A stretch of 60,075 nucleotides of DNA, counting the filler. It is 6 parts of 6 records of this genome, joined end to end, with 100 filler letters (N's around TTAATTAATTAA, not from the genome) between each part and the next. Parts side by side here need not be neighbours in the genome. Positions count along the whole stretch, not along the records: positions 16,857 to 23,967 come from SRR31147125_1241; positions 24,068 to 43,556 come from SRR31147125_1242; 4 more parts are not named here. One strand, given 5' to 3'. A model generated the notes under the pieces. That model was not told the origin of the DNA, ran no database searches, and worked only from the letters and a program-made list of their open reading frames with translations. Made by a program: the position numbers and the translations under genes. Shown piece after piece: positions 18,112 to 30,432 of this stretch. Position 1 is the stretch's first letter. The number at the start of each line of letters is the position of its first letter.

Positions 18112-20240
18112 ATGAAGGTGCTTTTACTAGGAAATGACAGTTTTGTTGCAGAGTCTTTGATAAAAAGGTTCTTAATAGAAAATCATATTATAATACTGGC
18201 AGGATCTTTTGAAAAATCTATTAAAAAATCTATTAAAAAATCTATAATAGGTAAAATAAAATACTATGATATGAATATTTCATCTAAAAAACTAGAAGAT
18301 GTATTTATTATCAACTCGCCGGATATAGTAGTATACTTTAATGATTGCCAGAAAAACATACTCAGAGAAATGAGTTACCTAGAATCGAATTATCATATTA
18401 ACAGTTTAATAAATAGCTATCATTTTTCAGTTCGAGGTAAAGTAAAGAGGTTTATATACATCTCTACTGCTGATTTATTGCATGAAGATTCAGCAGAAGA
18501 TGATTATTGGCTGAATTGTCATAAAGTCAGCGAATCTTTTCTAAACAATATTCTTATACCTAAAAAGACAAAACATATAATTTTGCGTGTGTCTAAAATT
18601 TACGGGAGAGGTCAGACCCCTGACTATTGTAATATATGCAGGATTATCTATAACAAAGTATATCAAGCAAATTATGATATAAGTAAAATTAAAGAAGAGG
18701 ACTACATACATATTAATGACGTATCAAATGCAATAGCAAAAAGTAGTAATTATAAAGAGAATGATACCTTTACAATTGCATCAGGGTATAAATTAAGCTA
18801 TGAAATAATAGAAGCATTGTTTGAAGAAAATGAGACTAACAGTGAAAGTTCACTTAATAAAAACCAAAAGAGTTACAATATTAGCAAAGCCGTTGAAAAG
18901 CTAAATTTTTCACCATTAGTTGATATTGGAGTTGAAATAAAAAAATATATAGCAGTGAAATATCTAATAAAGTAGGAAAAAAAGAAAGGGTTAGCCAAAA
19001 ACTAAAGCAAATTGGGAAGATATTACTAGATAAAGGACAGCAAGTTATAGATATTATGCCTGTTTTTATTGTTTTGATCCTCTTCTATGCAGTTTATCAT
19101 TTTTCATTCGCTGCTAGCCACCCTATGCTTCACGATAGAATAGACTTAAAAATACTCTTTTGTCTATCAGTGGCTATCTTTTATGGGTTAAGATACGGAG
19201 TTTTTGCTATTTTTCTTAGCGCATCATTATACTTTTACGAGTATGCAATTTTAGAGGATAGCTACATTTTAGTTTTATATAATCAAGATTTTTATTTGGA
19301 CATTATTATTTTAGCTATAATAAGCTTATCTGCGGCCTTTCTAAAAGAAAACTACAAAAATAAGTTTTCAGAATTTCAAAAAAACGAGAAAGGCTTAAAT
19401 GAGCAATTGTCTCATATTAAAAACATGTATTACGATAGTTTAAAGGTAAAAGACTCTTTAGCAGATCAAGTATATAATACCAGCAATAGCTATGGTAAAT
19501 TGTTCTCAATTATATCTACTTTAGACAGTTTAGTATTTAGCCAGTTAAAATTAGCAATAATAAAAGCTGGTGAAGATATTTTGAAAAATAAAGCTTTGTC
19601 ACTTTATATAATGGAGGACAATAAACGTTTCTTGAGATTGGTCTCTAAATCAAAAGATTTGGAATTTTACTTAAGTTCTATAAATGTATCCAAAAACAAA
19701 TTTGTTGCTGAAGCTATAAACAAGAAGGATATTCTTGTAAATAGGGATGTTGATAATAAAAGTAATATGAGACTTATAGCACCGGTAATAGACCATGGAG
19801 ATGATGTTGTTGCACTATTTATTGTTAATAAAGCTGAATTGGAGCAGCTAAATCAAAGTTATATAAATCTGTTCAAAGTAACTTCAAGTTTAATTAGTCA
19901 AGCTATTATCAGAGCATATTTGTATGAAAAAGCGCATTTAGATAAATGGTTTATACCGAATTCAGAAGTTTTACAGAATAAATATTTTAATAAACGAGTA
20001 ATGAATCATAAAGAAATATATGAAGGTACAGGCATAAGATATGGTCTTTTAGAAATTATCAATGAAACAACTGATAAACTAATAAAGACAGTTCCTAAAT
20101 TAGTAAGGGATTCTGATTTTGTTGGGCTAAGCAGAAATGGTAAACTAAGAATATTATTAAACAATGTAAGTAAAGAGGATATACACTTTATTCAAGATAA
20201 ATTACGTGAATATAAAATAGAAACCAAAATTATAAAATAG
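18112..20240 (+). CDS. pelD: Gram-positive-type PelD-like protein: degenerate SDR + TM + GAF + degenerate GGDEF (apparent frameshift at 18939-18945)
   Basis: ORFs 18112-18975 and 19056-20240 fuse if one A is added to the A7 run; the second frame is open back to 18945. RxxD I-site (VRDSD) near the C-terminus; first gene before pelE/A/F-like genes. Confidence 0.75.
18212..18246 (+). repeat. in-frame 12-bp tandem repeat (AAAAAATCTATT, about 3 copies)
   Basis: Encodes EKSIKKSIKKSII in the PelD N-terminus. Confidence 0.8.
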
Positions 20241-20257
20241 CTATTTGAGGTAGATAA

Positions 20258-21148
20258 ATGGATAATATATATTTGTATATATTAATTTTAACACATGTAA
20301 TTATTTGCATAGTTTATATTCTTGTTTTTTTTAGAAAGAGCAAGATGAACAAGTATCTTTTTACTGTTATTGTTTTTTTCCCGTATATATGGATTATCTT
20401 TTTTATTTTTGGGTATATCTTTGTTTATTTAATAATGCGTAGCAAAAAGTTTGATAAAAGCGGTTTAATTATGCAAGAAGAAGGAGCGTTTTTTGATGGA
20501 GGTCAGAAAATTGAAGCTAATATTATCCCTGTTGAAGAGGCTCTTATATTAAATGATAATGACATTAAAAGAGATACGGTTATAGAAATTGCTAAACGAG
20601 ATCCGAGCAAATATTTAGAGAAACTTAAGGGAGCTTTGCTTTCAAATGATTCAGAAACAGCACATTATGCAGCATCAAGTATATCAAAGCTAAAAAGAAA
20701 TATTGATAAGAATTTAAGAGATTTAAAAATTAATTATGAGCAGAATTCAAGTAATACAACATCAAGACGAGAATATATTGACATGCTGGACTTTGCTATA
20801 AAAAGCAAACTAAATGTAGATGTAATAACAAATAACCTGATTAAAGAAATTATTACTGTATTAAGACACCATATTACTATCTCTAAAAGAAAAAGGGAAG
20901 TTTATTATAACATGTTAATAGACTACTTACTTACTTTGGAGGATTCTGATAGTGCCTTATATTGGACAGATCAATACTGTATGGCATTTAATAGTACTGA
21001 AGGATTACTAGTTAAGAAGCTAAAAATAGCTTTCTTGTTAAATGATATTGAAAATTTTAATTCAACAATAAATGAAATAGAAAATGCGAAATTCCCTATC
21101 TCTAATAAGACATTAGAAATGATTGAATTTTGGCGGAGTGAACTGTAG
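20258..21148 (+). CDS. pelE: PelE-like protein (two TM helices + helical repeat domain)
   Basis: N-terminal TM pair, IIPVEEALILND...NDSETAHYAA segment, position between pelD and pelA. Confidence 0.65.
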   Translation: MDNIYLYILILTHVIICIVYILVFFRKSKMNKYLFTVIVFFPYIWIIFFIFGYIFVYLIMRSKKFDKSGLIMQEEGAFFDGGQKIEANIIPVEEALILNDNDIKRDTVIEIAKRDPSKYLEKLKGALLSNDSETAHYAASSISKLKRNIDKNLRDLKINYEQNSSNTTSRREYIDMLDFAIKSKLNVDVITNNLIKEIITVLRHHITISKRKREVYYNMLIDYLLTLEDSDSALYWTDQYCMAFNSTEGLLVKKLKIAFLLNDIENFNSTINEIENAKFPISNKTLEMIEFWRSEL

Positions 21149-22986
21149 ATGGATAAAAAAACGAAAAGAAAAATAATTAGTATTATGATAACTTTAGTGG
21201 TTGTATCTGCGATACTTCTTGCTTTAAGTTATGATTTTTTTCTGAATGTTGATTATAGAACAAATACGGATTTTCATGAAATAAATGTATCTTCCGACAG
21301 CGTTAGAATGGACAGTGGTATTACCAGTACAAGAAAGTATTTTCTGATATATGATCCTACTGATGAACTAAGTGTTGATTTAAAAGAAAATATCAATAGA
21401 ACACTAGATATATTAAAGGTAGATACAAAGGTATTTTCTATTGATGAATTTGCAGGAACAAATGAAATAAATCCAAGCGACTATATTATAGCGACATTTA
21501 GACACTGGTATGAAAATGAAAAAGCTGTAAATATAATATTAGAAGCTATAGAAATGGGTGCATCTTTGCTGGTGGCGAATTTGCCAGATGAAGATGAATT
21601 TTTAATAGAAAACAGCAAAGACTTTGGAATTATAGAATTTGGCAAACCTGAAATTGTAAGTAACTTTGTTGTTAAAGATGATATCATCCTGGGATTTGAA
21701 AAAGGAGAGAAAATAACAGCTCTGGCAATAGAAGAATTTTGTTTTAATATAGATTTAGATCCCAATAGTAAGGTATACTTAGAAAGTGATAACGGAGTTC
21801 CTCTGTATTTCACCGTAAAATATGAACAAGGTACGATTGGTTTTTATAATGGGGAAAACCTGACTGAAAAGTACATGGATGGGTTGATTACTGGTATGCT
21901 GGGGGCATTGGAAGGCGATTTTATATATCCGATTATTAATACGGGTATCGTATTTATTGACGATTGGCCAAGCCCAATAAAAGGATATAACGAAAGTATA
22001 GATCAACAATATGGTATGACAATTGATGAATTTATTAAATACATTTGGTGGCCTGATATAATTTCTCTTGCAAAGGAATATGGTGTGAGTTATGTTGGGC
22101 AATATGTATTATCATATAACGATATCATAAATCCTCCTTTTGATGTTGATGATGCGCAATTTGATGTATCTATGTATTCTTTTGGTAAGCAGATAGTGAA
22201 ATACGGCGGTGAATTCGGATTACATGGTTACAATCATCAGCCGCTATATTTTTCTGATTATCCAAGTGACAGCAATCTTGGTTACAATAAATGGGATAAT
22301 ATCGCAGATGCAACTAGTGCTTTGAACTACGCAAAAGCTTCTTTTTAGAACATTTTCCCGATTATAAGATGAATTGTTATGTACCTCCGTCAAATATAAT
22401 AGATGAAACTGGCATTGAAGTTGTTAAGGAAGTATTAGGTACACCGGTTATAATTAGTGGTATTTATTTAGAAGAACCGCCATTAGTGACTGGATTTGAT
22501 GTAAAGGTCGAGGATGGTGTTATATATTTTCCAAGGTTTTCTACCGGGAGTTTTTTAGACGATGGAGAAAAACTGAACATTGGTATGAGTATGTCAATGT
22601 ATGGTATTTTTTCTCATTTTATTCATCCCGATGATGTTCTCGACAGTACAAGAAGCAAAGGATACTCTTGGGATAAAATGAGATTAGAATTAACAAAAAT
22701 TATTGATTATGTACATCAAAGATATCCATTTCTGGAGTATAGCAGCGCCACTGAATGTGGAAATAAAATAGGTGATTGGTATTATACTAACTATACAATT
22801 AATTATGGCGAAAGTGAAATAAAAATAAATTGCTCAAAAAATTTAGATTCCCATTCATTGATTTTATACACTAGCAAACAGATATTAGAATCAGAAAAAT
22901 ATGAGTTCATTAAGTGTGGCGAATCATCTTACTATATTAAATTTCAAGATGAAGCAGTTACAATAAAGCTTAAAGGAGGACAATAG
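21149..22986 (+). CDS. pelA: PelA(DA)/DUF2194-type polysaccharide deacetylase (apparent frameshift at 22342-22346)
   Basis: N-terminal TM anchor; CE4-like motifs FIDDWPSP, GLHGYNHQPL, YVPPSN, HFIHPDD. The two ORFs join with one extra T. Confidence 0.75.
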
Positions 22987-22987
22987 C

Positions 22988-23967
22988 ATGCATATATGTG
23001 TTTTTGCAGAAGGTTGTTATCCTTATGTAGTTGGAGGTGTTTCTTCATGGCTGCATAGCTTGATTTCTTCTATGCCTGAACATGAATTTACTATTATTGC
23101 TTTAGGTGCATATGAAAAAGATAGAGGGAAATTCAAATATACTATTCCAAATAATGTTATTGAAGTAAGAGAGAGTTTTATTGATGAGATTACCTATAGA
23201 AAGGGAAAATATCATAGAAAGTACAATACAGATTATGAAGATATAGTGCAGTTTGATTTGCTCTTTAACGGTGAAGATGTGGATTGGGAAAGGCTTATTA
23301 GCTTCATTAACAGGAATAAAAAAAGAACCCGCAGGACTTTATTATGAGCAGAGTGTTCTATAATGCATTAATTAAAACATATGAAACCAGTTATAGTTCC
23401 AGTGTTTTATCAGACTTTTTTGGACAATTAGATCAATGATTCTACCCCTAATGGGCATAATGGCAGTAGATATACCACAGGCTGATATATACCATAGTGT
23501 CTCTGCTGGTTATGCCGGAGTAATGGCATCTGTTGCTAGTATTACTCATAATAGACCAATGATATTGACAGAGCACGGTCTATATACAAGAGAGCGCGAA
23601 GAGGAGATAATTGGAGCTTCATGGATATCCTTATCTTTTAAGGATTTATGGATAAAATACTTTAGGAATTTATCAAAATGTGCGTATTTATACGCAGATT
23701 TATCTATTACTCTGTTTAATAAAGCTAAAGAATTGCAGCATGAGCTAGGGTGTAGTTCAGATAAGCAAATAGTTGTGTTCAATGGAGTAAATGTGGAAGT
23801 TTTTTCAAACTTAAAATCAAAAGAACTTGGTGAACCAGCATTTAATATTGGAGCTTTGGTAAGAATTGTTCCAATAAAAGATATTTTAACAATGATTCAA
23901 GCTTTTAAGATAGTAAGTGAAGAATTACCTGATGCGAAATTTTATATTATGGATTCAACAGATGAAT
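22988..23967 (+). CDS. pelF: GT4 glycosyltransferase PelF (3'-truncated; apparent frameshifts at 23318-23324 and 23416-23421)
   Basis: EGCYPYVVGGVSSW, reconstructed DFFWTIRSMILPL, SAGYAG, LTEHGLYTRER, RIVPIKDI. Confidence 0.88.
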
Positions 23968-24067
23968 NNNNNNNNNNNNNNNNNNNNNNNNNNNNNNNNN
24001 NNNNNNNNNNNTTAATTAATTAANNNNNNNNNNNNNNNNNNNNNNNNNNNNNNNNNNNNNNNNNNNN
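23968..24067. other. artificial contig spacer
   Basis: 44 N + TTAATTAATTAA + 44 N. Confidence 0.98.
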
Positions 24068-25167
24068 GATTCCGTTCGTACAGACTCATTTATTAAAGGG
24101 AAAAGACTTTGACCATCTAAACGCAGGTCCGGCGGTACATCAACTCCACAAACATCGAGAACCGTCGGTAATATGTCGATATGCGCTGCTATCCGATCAA
24201 ATTTACGTAATCCTAATTGTTTCTTCCCCCATCGGAAAAATGAAATCGCCCGTATTCCCCCTTCATACACACTTGATTTTCTTTGTAAAAGTCCTGCATT
24301 AAATCGGGCTGTATTTGGACCATTGTCACTAATAAATATAATGAGGGTATTATCTTCTAAATTGGATTTTTTAAGAAATTCCAATAACCGGCCAATATTG
24401 TCATCAATATTTTTAACCATTCCATAAATTCTTGCAGTCTGTTCATCCAAGCCTTTAGCAAGATAGGGTGCCATATATTCTTTACTGACCTGGAGAGGAG
24501 TATGCGGCGTATTAGTAGGCAAATAAATAAAGAATGCTTCAGATTGATTCTTTTCAATAAATTTCATGGCCTCATTAAAAAATATATCGGTACAATAGCC
24601 CTTTCCATGATATTTTTCACCGTTTTTCCAAAGCAGAGGATCAAAATAGCTATTAGGTTTATCAGGTGTTTGATCGATTCCCCCACCTCTATGATAAAGT
24701 GCTTCGTCGAAACCCTGGTCCTGCGGACGCATAGGATAATTATCGCCTAAATGCCATTTGCCAAACATTCCCGTACTGTAACCCGCTTTTTGAAGTATTT
24801 CAGCAATTGTTGTTTCATCACCGGCCATTTTGGCCCCACCCCTGGATGTGTGAATAACTCCTGTTCTATAATAATAACGCCCTGTTAATAGACTGGTCCG
24901 GGTTGGTGCGCAAACCGGTTCCACATAAAAACGAGAAAATTCACATCCCTCTTTAGCAAGGCGATCGATGCAGGGAGTATTTATAAGCTTATTCCCATGA
25001 ATTCCCGTATCGCCAAAGCCCTGATCGTCAGTTAAAATGAGGATGACATTGGTCCGCTGCTTCGTGGTATTCGATTGCAGGTAAGGAATAGCTGGAGGAC
25101 CGAACAAGGCCACAAATGCGCAGAATAATCTTAAAAATTCCCGCCGATCAAAATCTTCGTAGGACAT
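24068..25167 (-). CDS. arylsulfatase family protein, Tat-like signal (3'-truncated)
   Basis: DRREFL twin-arginine motif, ILTDDQG, formylglycine motif CAPTR, GKWHLG, SDNG, YEGGIR. Confidence 0.92.
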
Positions 25168-25284
25168 TATATACTCCTGATAGATTTTTTATTATATTTG
25201 CACATATTGAAAATATCTAATCTACAAATGAATCCCAGGAATGTTGACGAATAAATAATGCTGTGTGATCCGGCTCTTTCATTC

Positions 25285-25400
25285 CATCACTACTACGGGT
25301 TAGTCCGCCCCTGTGCCTTACCTCTGTATTTTCATGCCTGTGGTGCCTTCAGTTGCGTTTCTCCCTTTACATTGAGAAAACAGGATCCCACATTCTATAC
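25285..25400 (-). mobile_element. decayed group II intron ribozyme fragment
   Basis: Minus strand ...TGGGATCCTGT...AAGGGAGAA...GGCACAGGGGCGGACTAACCCGTAGTAGTGATG resembles the sequence I recall for the late domain I to domain II/III region of bacterial group IIB introns. No domain V/VI or RT ORF nearby. Confidence 0.6.
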
Positions 25401-25446
25401 AATTGATCAATTTACAGTTAAATAAAGTCCGATTGGAGAATTTGTT

Positions 25447-25689
25447 ATGCAACAACGGGCAGAATTTGAACAGATATTAGATCGTGTCGTTTTAAGGATT
25501 CATGATCAGGAATACATAGATTATTATGGTTCAAAACGCCCGCACCAAGGGATAGATCAACGGCTACCCAGAACATACAATCCGCAGCTCCATGGAAACG
25601 TGTTAAAAGTTCCAATCTCTGCTGGTTTATTCAACCATTATCTGAAGAACGTAGCATCATGGATAGTGTTTATCATCCCCACAGGTTAA
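25447..25689 (+). pseudogene. C-terminal remnant of an integrase-core (DDE/rve-type) transposase
   Basis: EYIDYYGSKRPHQGIDQRLP...VPISAGLFNHY matches the YNxxRPHQG...GGLHHxY tail pattern; catalytic core absent. Confidence 0.6.
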
Positions 25690-25732
25690 TTCTCAGAATT
25701 AGTTGTTAAAAGATAGAAGAATAAATTATAAT

Positions 25733-27010
25733 TCAATACGATAAATCTGCACAAATAAGTTCCTGGTCATTCCGGATAAAAACATGTCGATTGGCAAATC
25801 CGGGATGCGACCAGGTAACACCCTCACCTTTACGACTCAATTGCTCTGTGGTTGGTTCTACAAATTTAGCACGGCTGATTGGAATAAATCCCTGAGGTGA
25901 AAGTTTGCTGATAATCAATTCGCCGTGTTCATTAAACATCCAGGTGTTTTCATTGTTTTGGATAAAATGTACATTAGCCCAGCGGTTTTTATTAACGACA
26001 GTCAAATCTTCCCATATACGATCACCTGTCAATAACTCCAAACAGCGCAATTCTCCATAACTGTCTATTCCATAGATAAAACCATCTTTTATAAGCGCCG
26101 TATTAATACAGCAGTGTAGTGCGTCAGTAGAACGTTCATTTTTACCTTTACGATGCCAGACCTTCTCAGCGTCAAGTTTCTGTGGATCTAATTTGATCAA
26201 TAACGAGCCATCAAAAAATCCACTCACAAAAATATAATTTTCATATATTACAGGTGATGACACAGCCATGCGCATTTTAATGTCAAATGGGATTTGCCAA
26301 AAAATATCACCAGAGTTTGGATCGAGTCCAGCTACGGATTCTCCAGTCCAAACGACAACCACTTTCTCACCCGCCTGATCAATCAATATGGGTGCAGAAT
26401 AGGACGCTTCGTCATCAAGAGATGTCCAGACTTTTTTGCCGGTAAGTTTATCAAGGGCAACAACACAAGCATTATCTTCACCACCAATATGTAAAATCAC
26501 TTTATCGTCAACAATGAGGGGTGCTGCAGCAATGCCCCATATTGGCATCTTTATGTTATAAAGACTGTCCAGGTCTTTTTTCCACAGTAGCTTTCCGGAT
26601 GGAGCATCAAAACAGTGAAAATGGCCAACAGTGCCAAGTGTATAAGCTTTTCCTTCGTTAATAACGACTGAAGCCCGTGGTCCCGCTGGATACCCAACAC
26701 CTTTGTATTTGGCTTTATATGCGAATTCCCATTGTGTAGCACCGGTCTTTTCATCCAGGCATAGAACTCGCTCTTGTTGGGATTCCTTGTTGCGGTCCAT
26801 TAGATATACTTTGCCAGTGGAAATAGTTGGACCAGTATAACCTGGGCCGACCGGCACACGCCATTTCAATTTAACAGGATTGGAAGAAAATTTCTCAATG
26901 ATACCCGTTTCAGTCCAATTGCCATCCCGGTTCGGACCACGCCAATTAGGCCAGTCCACAGCTACAGCGGAATTCACTATTATTAATAAAAATAAAATTA
27001 CAGGAACCAC
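25733..27010 (-). CDS. secreted PQQ-like (BamB-type) beta-propeller protein
   Basis: Signal peptide, DWPNWRGP start motif, repeated D..TG...W Trp-docking motifs. Confidence 0.85.
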   Translation of the reverse strand: MVPVILFLLIIVNSAVAVDWPNWRGPNRDGNWTETGIIEKFSSNPVKLKWRVPVGPGYTGPTISTGKVYLMDRNKESQQERVLCLDEKTGATQWEFAYKAKYKGVGYPAGPRASVVINEGKAYTLGTVGHFHCFDAPSGKLLWKKDLDSLYNIKMPIWGIAAAPLIVDDKVILHIGGEDNACVVALDKLTGKKVWTSLDDEASYSAPILIDQAGEKVVVVWTGESVAGLDPNSGDIFWQIPFDIKMRMAVSSPVIYENYIFVSGFFDGSLLIKLDPQKLDAEKVWHRKGKNERSTDALHCCINTALIKDGFIYGIDSYGELRCLELLTGDRIWEDLTVVNKNRWANVHFIQNNENTWMFNEHGELIISKLSPQGFIPISRAKFVEPTTEQLSRKGEGVTWSHPGFANRHVFIRNDQELICADLSY

Positions 27011-27118
27011 ATTATCCTCTAAACTTGATTAAATGATTATGAAAATAAATGGAATTCTCCCTGTTACAGCTTTTTTATACCTTTTAAAATCAATAAATTA
27101 TCCAGACAGTCAATCGAA

Positions 27119-30100
27119 TCATTCATTCCTTAGTGCTGGCAGCAAATCACCTCGTATGGCCATTCTTGTTGCGAACCAGGTGAAGATAAAACCGCTGGTC
27201 ATCACAATGAAAAGGGTTATAAATATTGTTAAATAGGGAATTCCAGCTCCAGGAGTCAGCAAGGCAGGTAGTACAGCAAAAATGGCTGCCAGAATGCCTA
27301 TGGCGATTCCAGCTAACAAAAGCACAATATGTTCGGTAAAGATCAGTTTTTCAATGGTCTCCTTGCTGTAGCCAACTGCTCGCAAAAGGGCCAGTTCTCC
27401 ACGACGTTCCAGAACATTCCGCATAACCACTACACCAAGACCTATACTTCCTATAATCAATCCAAGTCCGCCAAGAATAAGAAAAATGGACAGATAGGTA
27501 TTTTCCACTTTGCCAAATTCAGCCAGTCTTTGTGTCGTCGGGATCAAATCAAAACCCTGGTCCTGTAACGCCCACGTGAGTGTTTTGGCTGTTTCCTCCT
27601 GTTGTTGAGCAGGTGAATCCACAAGAAAAATGCGGTAACCGCTGTTGGAAGGATATTTTTTTACAAAAGCATTTTCGGAAATGATCACATTCCCTTGAAA
27701 AATCGAGTTCGCCAATCCGCCTACCAGTTTTATTTTAAATTCCTGACCGTTCTCATCGACATAATGGAGTGTGTCACCAACGGATTTCCCTAAACCCCAG
27801 ATAATAACCGTTTGATCGGCAATACCGGGAAAAACATCCTCGCCAAAATCCTTTTCCAAAATCAACCAGGGATTTTGAGGATCCACCTCGTTACTTGTTT
27901 TGAGAAAAGTAAACGCCTTGCGTTGGTCAAGTTCGTTAGGATCGACTCCAATAAGATTCGGATTGGTTATTCGGTTGAGATTCAGACAACTGGCATCGTC
28001 GCCTTCTTTTACTTTGAACGGCACTACTGAAATACCCGACATTTTATCTTTACTCAAGCTGTAAAAATCACGGCCTTTATCACTGTTCAAATCATACAAA
28101 ACCGGAATCGTGCTTTCGCCAAAATAGGTAAAACCGCCGGTACCGGACTCCCGGCGGTCGGCGCCTTTTAATGTACCATGTCTATTTGCACCAACTGTGA
28201 AGACGATAAAAAGTCCACTTGCAAGAAGACCAACAAGTGCCAAACTGCGTATCCGACGCCTGGCATTATTACGCATGGCTATATTAAAAATCGACGGAGT
28301 CGATTTAGAGGTCGGATCTCGTTTTAAAAAGGCATTTGTATATGCCATAGCGCCGACCAGCAAAAGTGAGCCGGCTCCGAAAAACGATGCTGATGCTTCC
28401 TTGCCTCTACCTGGACTTGTCGTTGCAAGAATTACGAAAACGGTAATAATTGATAAAGTTCCGAAAATGAGGCTCAAAACAGGTTTTTTCAGGAAATTTC
28501 TACTCCAGGTCTGATTTCCTCCTTTTTGTAAAAAAGCAATGGATTGTTTTGCCTGCTTTCTTGTAACCATCCACATCGTGATGAATGCCATAAAAATACT
28601 GATAAATAATCCAAAACCCAGTGTGGCCGGATTGACATAGATTTGTAATGCCGACGTGCCGACGATATTTTTCCACAGGGTTTTAAGAGCAGCTAAAACC
28701 AGCTGATTATAAAAGATTCCCAAAACAATCCCCAGGAGGCTACCAATAACCGCCAATACAAGGCCCTCAACAAGGATAATCCTTCTTGTCAATCTTGTTG
28801 AATATCCCAAAGCAAGAAAGAGGCCCGTTTCCTGGGAGCGCTGTTCCAACCCAAAGACAAACAACATACTCATAAGCAGCAAAGCAGCTACAATAATAAA
28901 AAAGCTAAGTCCGATAAACAACTGGGCAAAATCCACAGATTGGGCGCTCGCTTCAAGCCCCTGTTTCAGTACAGGTTGAAAAACAAAACCCAGGGCCTGA
29001 GGATCGATTTTTTGTGACAGGAATTGGTCAATATTGGAAATAGCCGCATTTGGAAAACGGATGGCAGTTAGATTTCCAAAACGGTTTTCCCAAAGCTGTT
29101 GCGCTTTTTTGAGTGTAACAAAAGCTTTGGGAGTACCTCGAAAATCGTCCCAATATTGTTCGTCCTTGTCCCGAATTTTGTCATAATCAATGGGGAAACC
29201 AGCATCCCAATCCCGGCAGTTATCTTCATCGGCTAGGCCGGGGAAATCCGGCATCAGGGATTGGTCTGCATACAGTCCGGTGAGTGAAACAATTTTACGC
29301 ACAGTAAAAGATGTAGCTTTCTCGACAAGTGTTCGTCCTGGGCCAATAATGTAATAGTTAACATTGATGCTTTCGCCGACTCTTATATTCAGATCGTTTG
29401 CCAGCCATGAGTTGATAATGATCTCATCATCCGCCATTCCTTTGGGGACGAGAGGCTCTCCCGTAGCCGTTATAAACGAGTAAGGTGTTGATTTATTCTC
29501 ATATCGAAATTCATTAACAAAATAAGTCAAAATTGGCTTGATACTTTGACCGAGATTTTTAGCGAGTAAAGAAATTGGCGGATCAAGAAAAATGCGATTA
29601 GAGCGAAGTTCAACATCGTTGTTGACAACTTGAAGTTTTAATCCGGCGTCTTGAAGCTTGAAATTATTAATCAGGCTTTTATCAAGCGTATCAACAGATA
29701 ATCCCTGATTTTGTGCTATAAGCAGTGTGTTAGCAGAGTTTTCAAGCTCCATCAGTTTATTCAAGGCAGAAAGTGACAGAAAGACATTATGCGGTGCGAC
29801 CTGATTGGTTCGCAATCCGAAACGGCCAAATTGTTCGTCAGTTACAATATCTTTTATAGTAAATCGTTTTGTGACAAAGAGATCGGAATCGATCGCAAGC
29901 GGAGCATCTTTAGGCATTGCATCCAGTTTTTCAATTCTTAAAAGAATTTCATCCCCAACTTTAACAGTGAGCAGAGATGCAAGATGACTATTCAGCAAAA
30001 GTTCATTATCACCAATATCCGAATAAACATTCTGCACGTTACCGAGCTTGTCAAATTGCTCATTAACACCCAATACCTGAACTTTATTTGACCGATATTC

Positions 30101-30396
30101 TCCCCCATTTGAAATGGCTATACCACGAGTTTGAAGAAGCGGAGCTGTATCTACATTTAAATCCCTAGAAATATCATGTGTAAGGCGGGTGCAAAAAAAC
30201 GGTCCCCGGAAGAAAGCGCATATTCTGTTCGACCAAGCCGTGAGAATACTATTTGTTTTAAGCTGAATTTTATAGAATCACCAACAATGAGTGCCCCGAC
30301 CAGGATTGCGGTGCTAAAGGCCGCACCGAGCACAACACCAAAATGTGTGCGACGATAAAAGAAGAGACTTTTTTTAACAAGCGTTCGAATATTCAT
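27119..30396 (-). CDS. very large MacB/FtsX-type ABC permease, about 1090 aa (apparent frameshift at 30193-30199)
   Basis: ORFs 30157-30396 and 27119-30073 join with one added base. Two FtsX-like TM blocks (EQRSQETGLFLALGY, ERRGELALLRAVGY) and two large extracytoplasmic domains. Confidence 0.85.
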
Positions 30397-30432
30397 CTAT
30401 AAAACCACAAAGGACTCAAAACACTAAAAAAA

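Noticed and set aside
16942-23967. Functional link between lipA and the pel operon
   Set aside because: Separated by 300 nt and a terminator-like hairpin; no mechanistic connection evident.
26105-26120. Vicinal CC (LHCCINT) as the quinoprotein dehydrogenase disulfide
   Set aside because: It lies about 300 residues in, not near residue 100 as in methanol/alcohol dehydrogenases, and the protein is too short.
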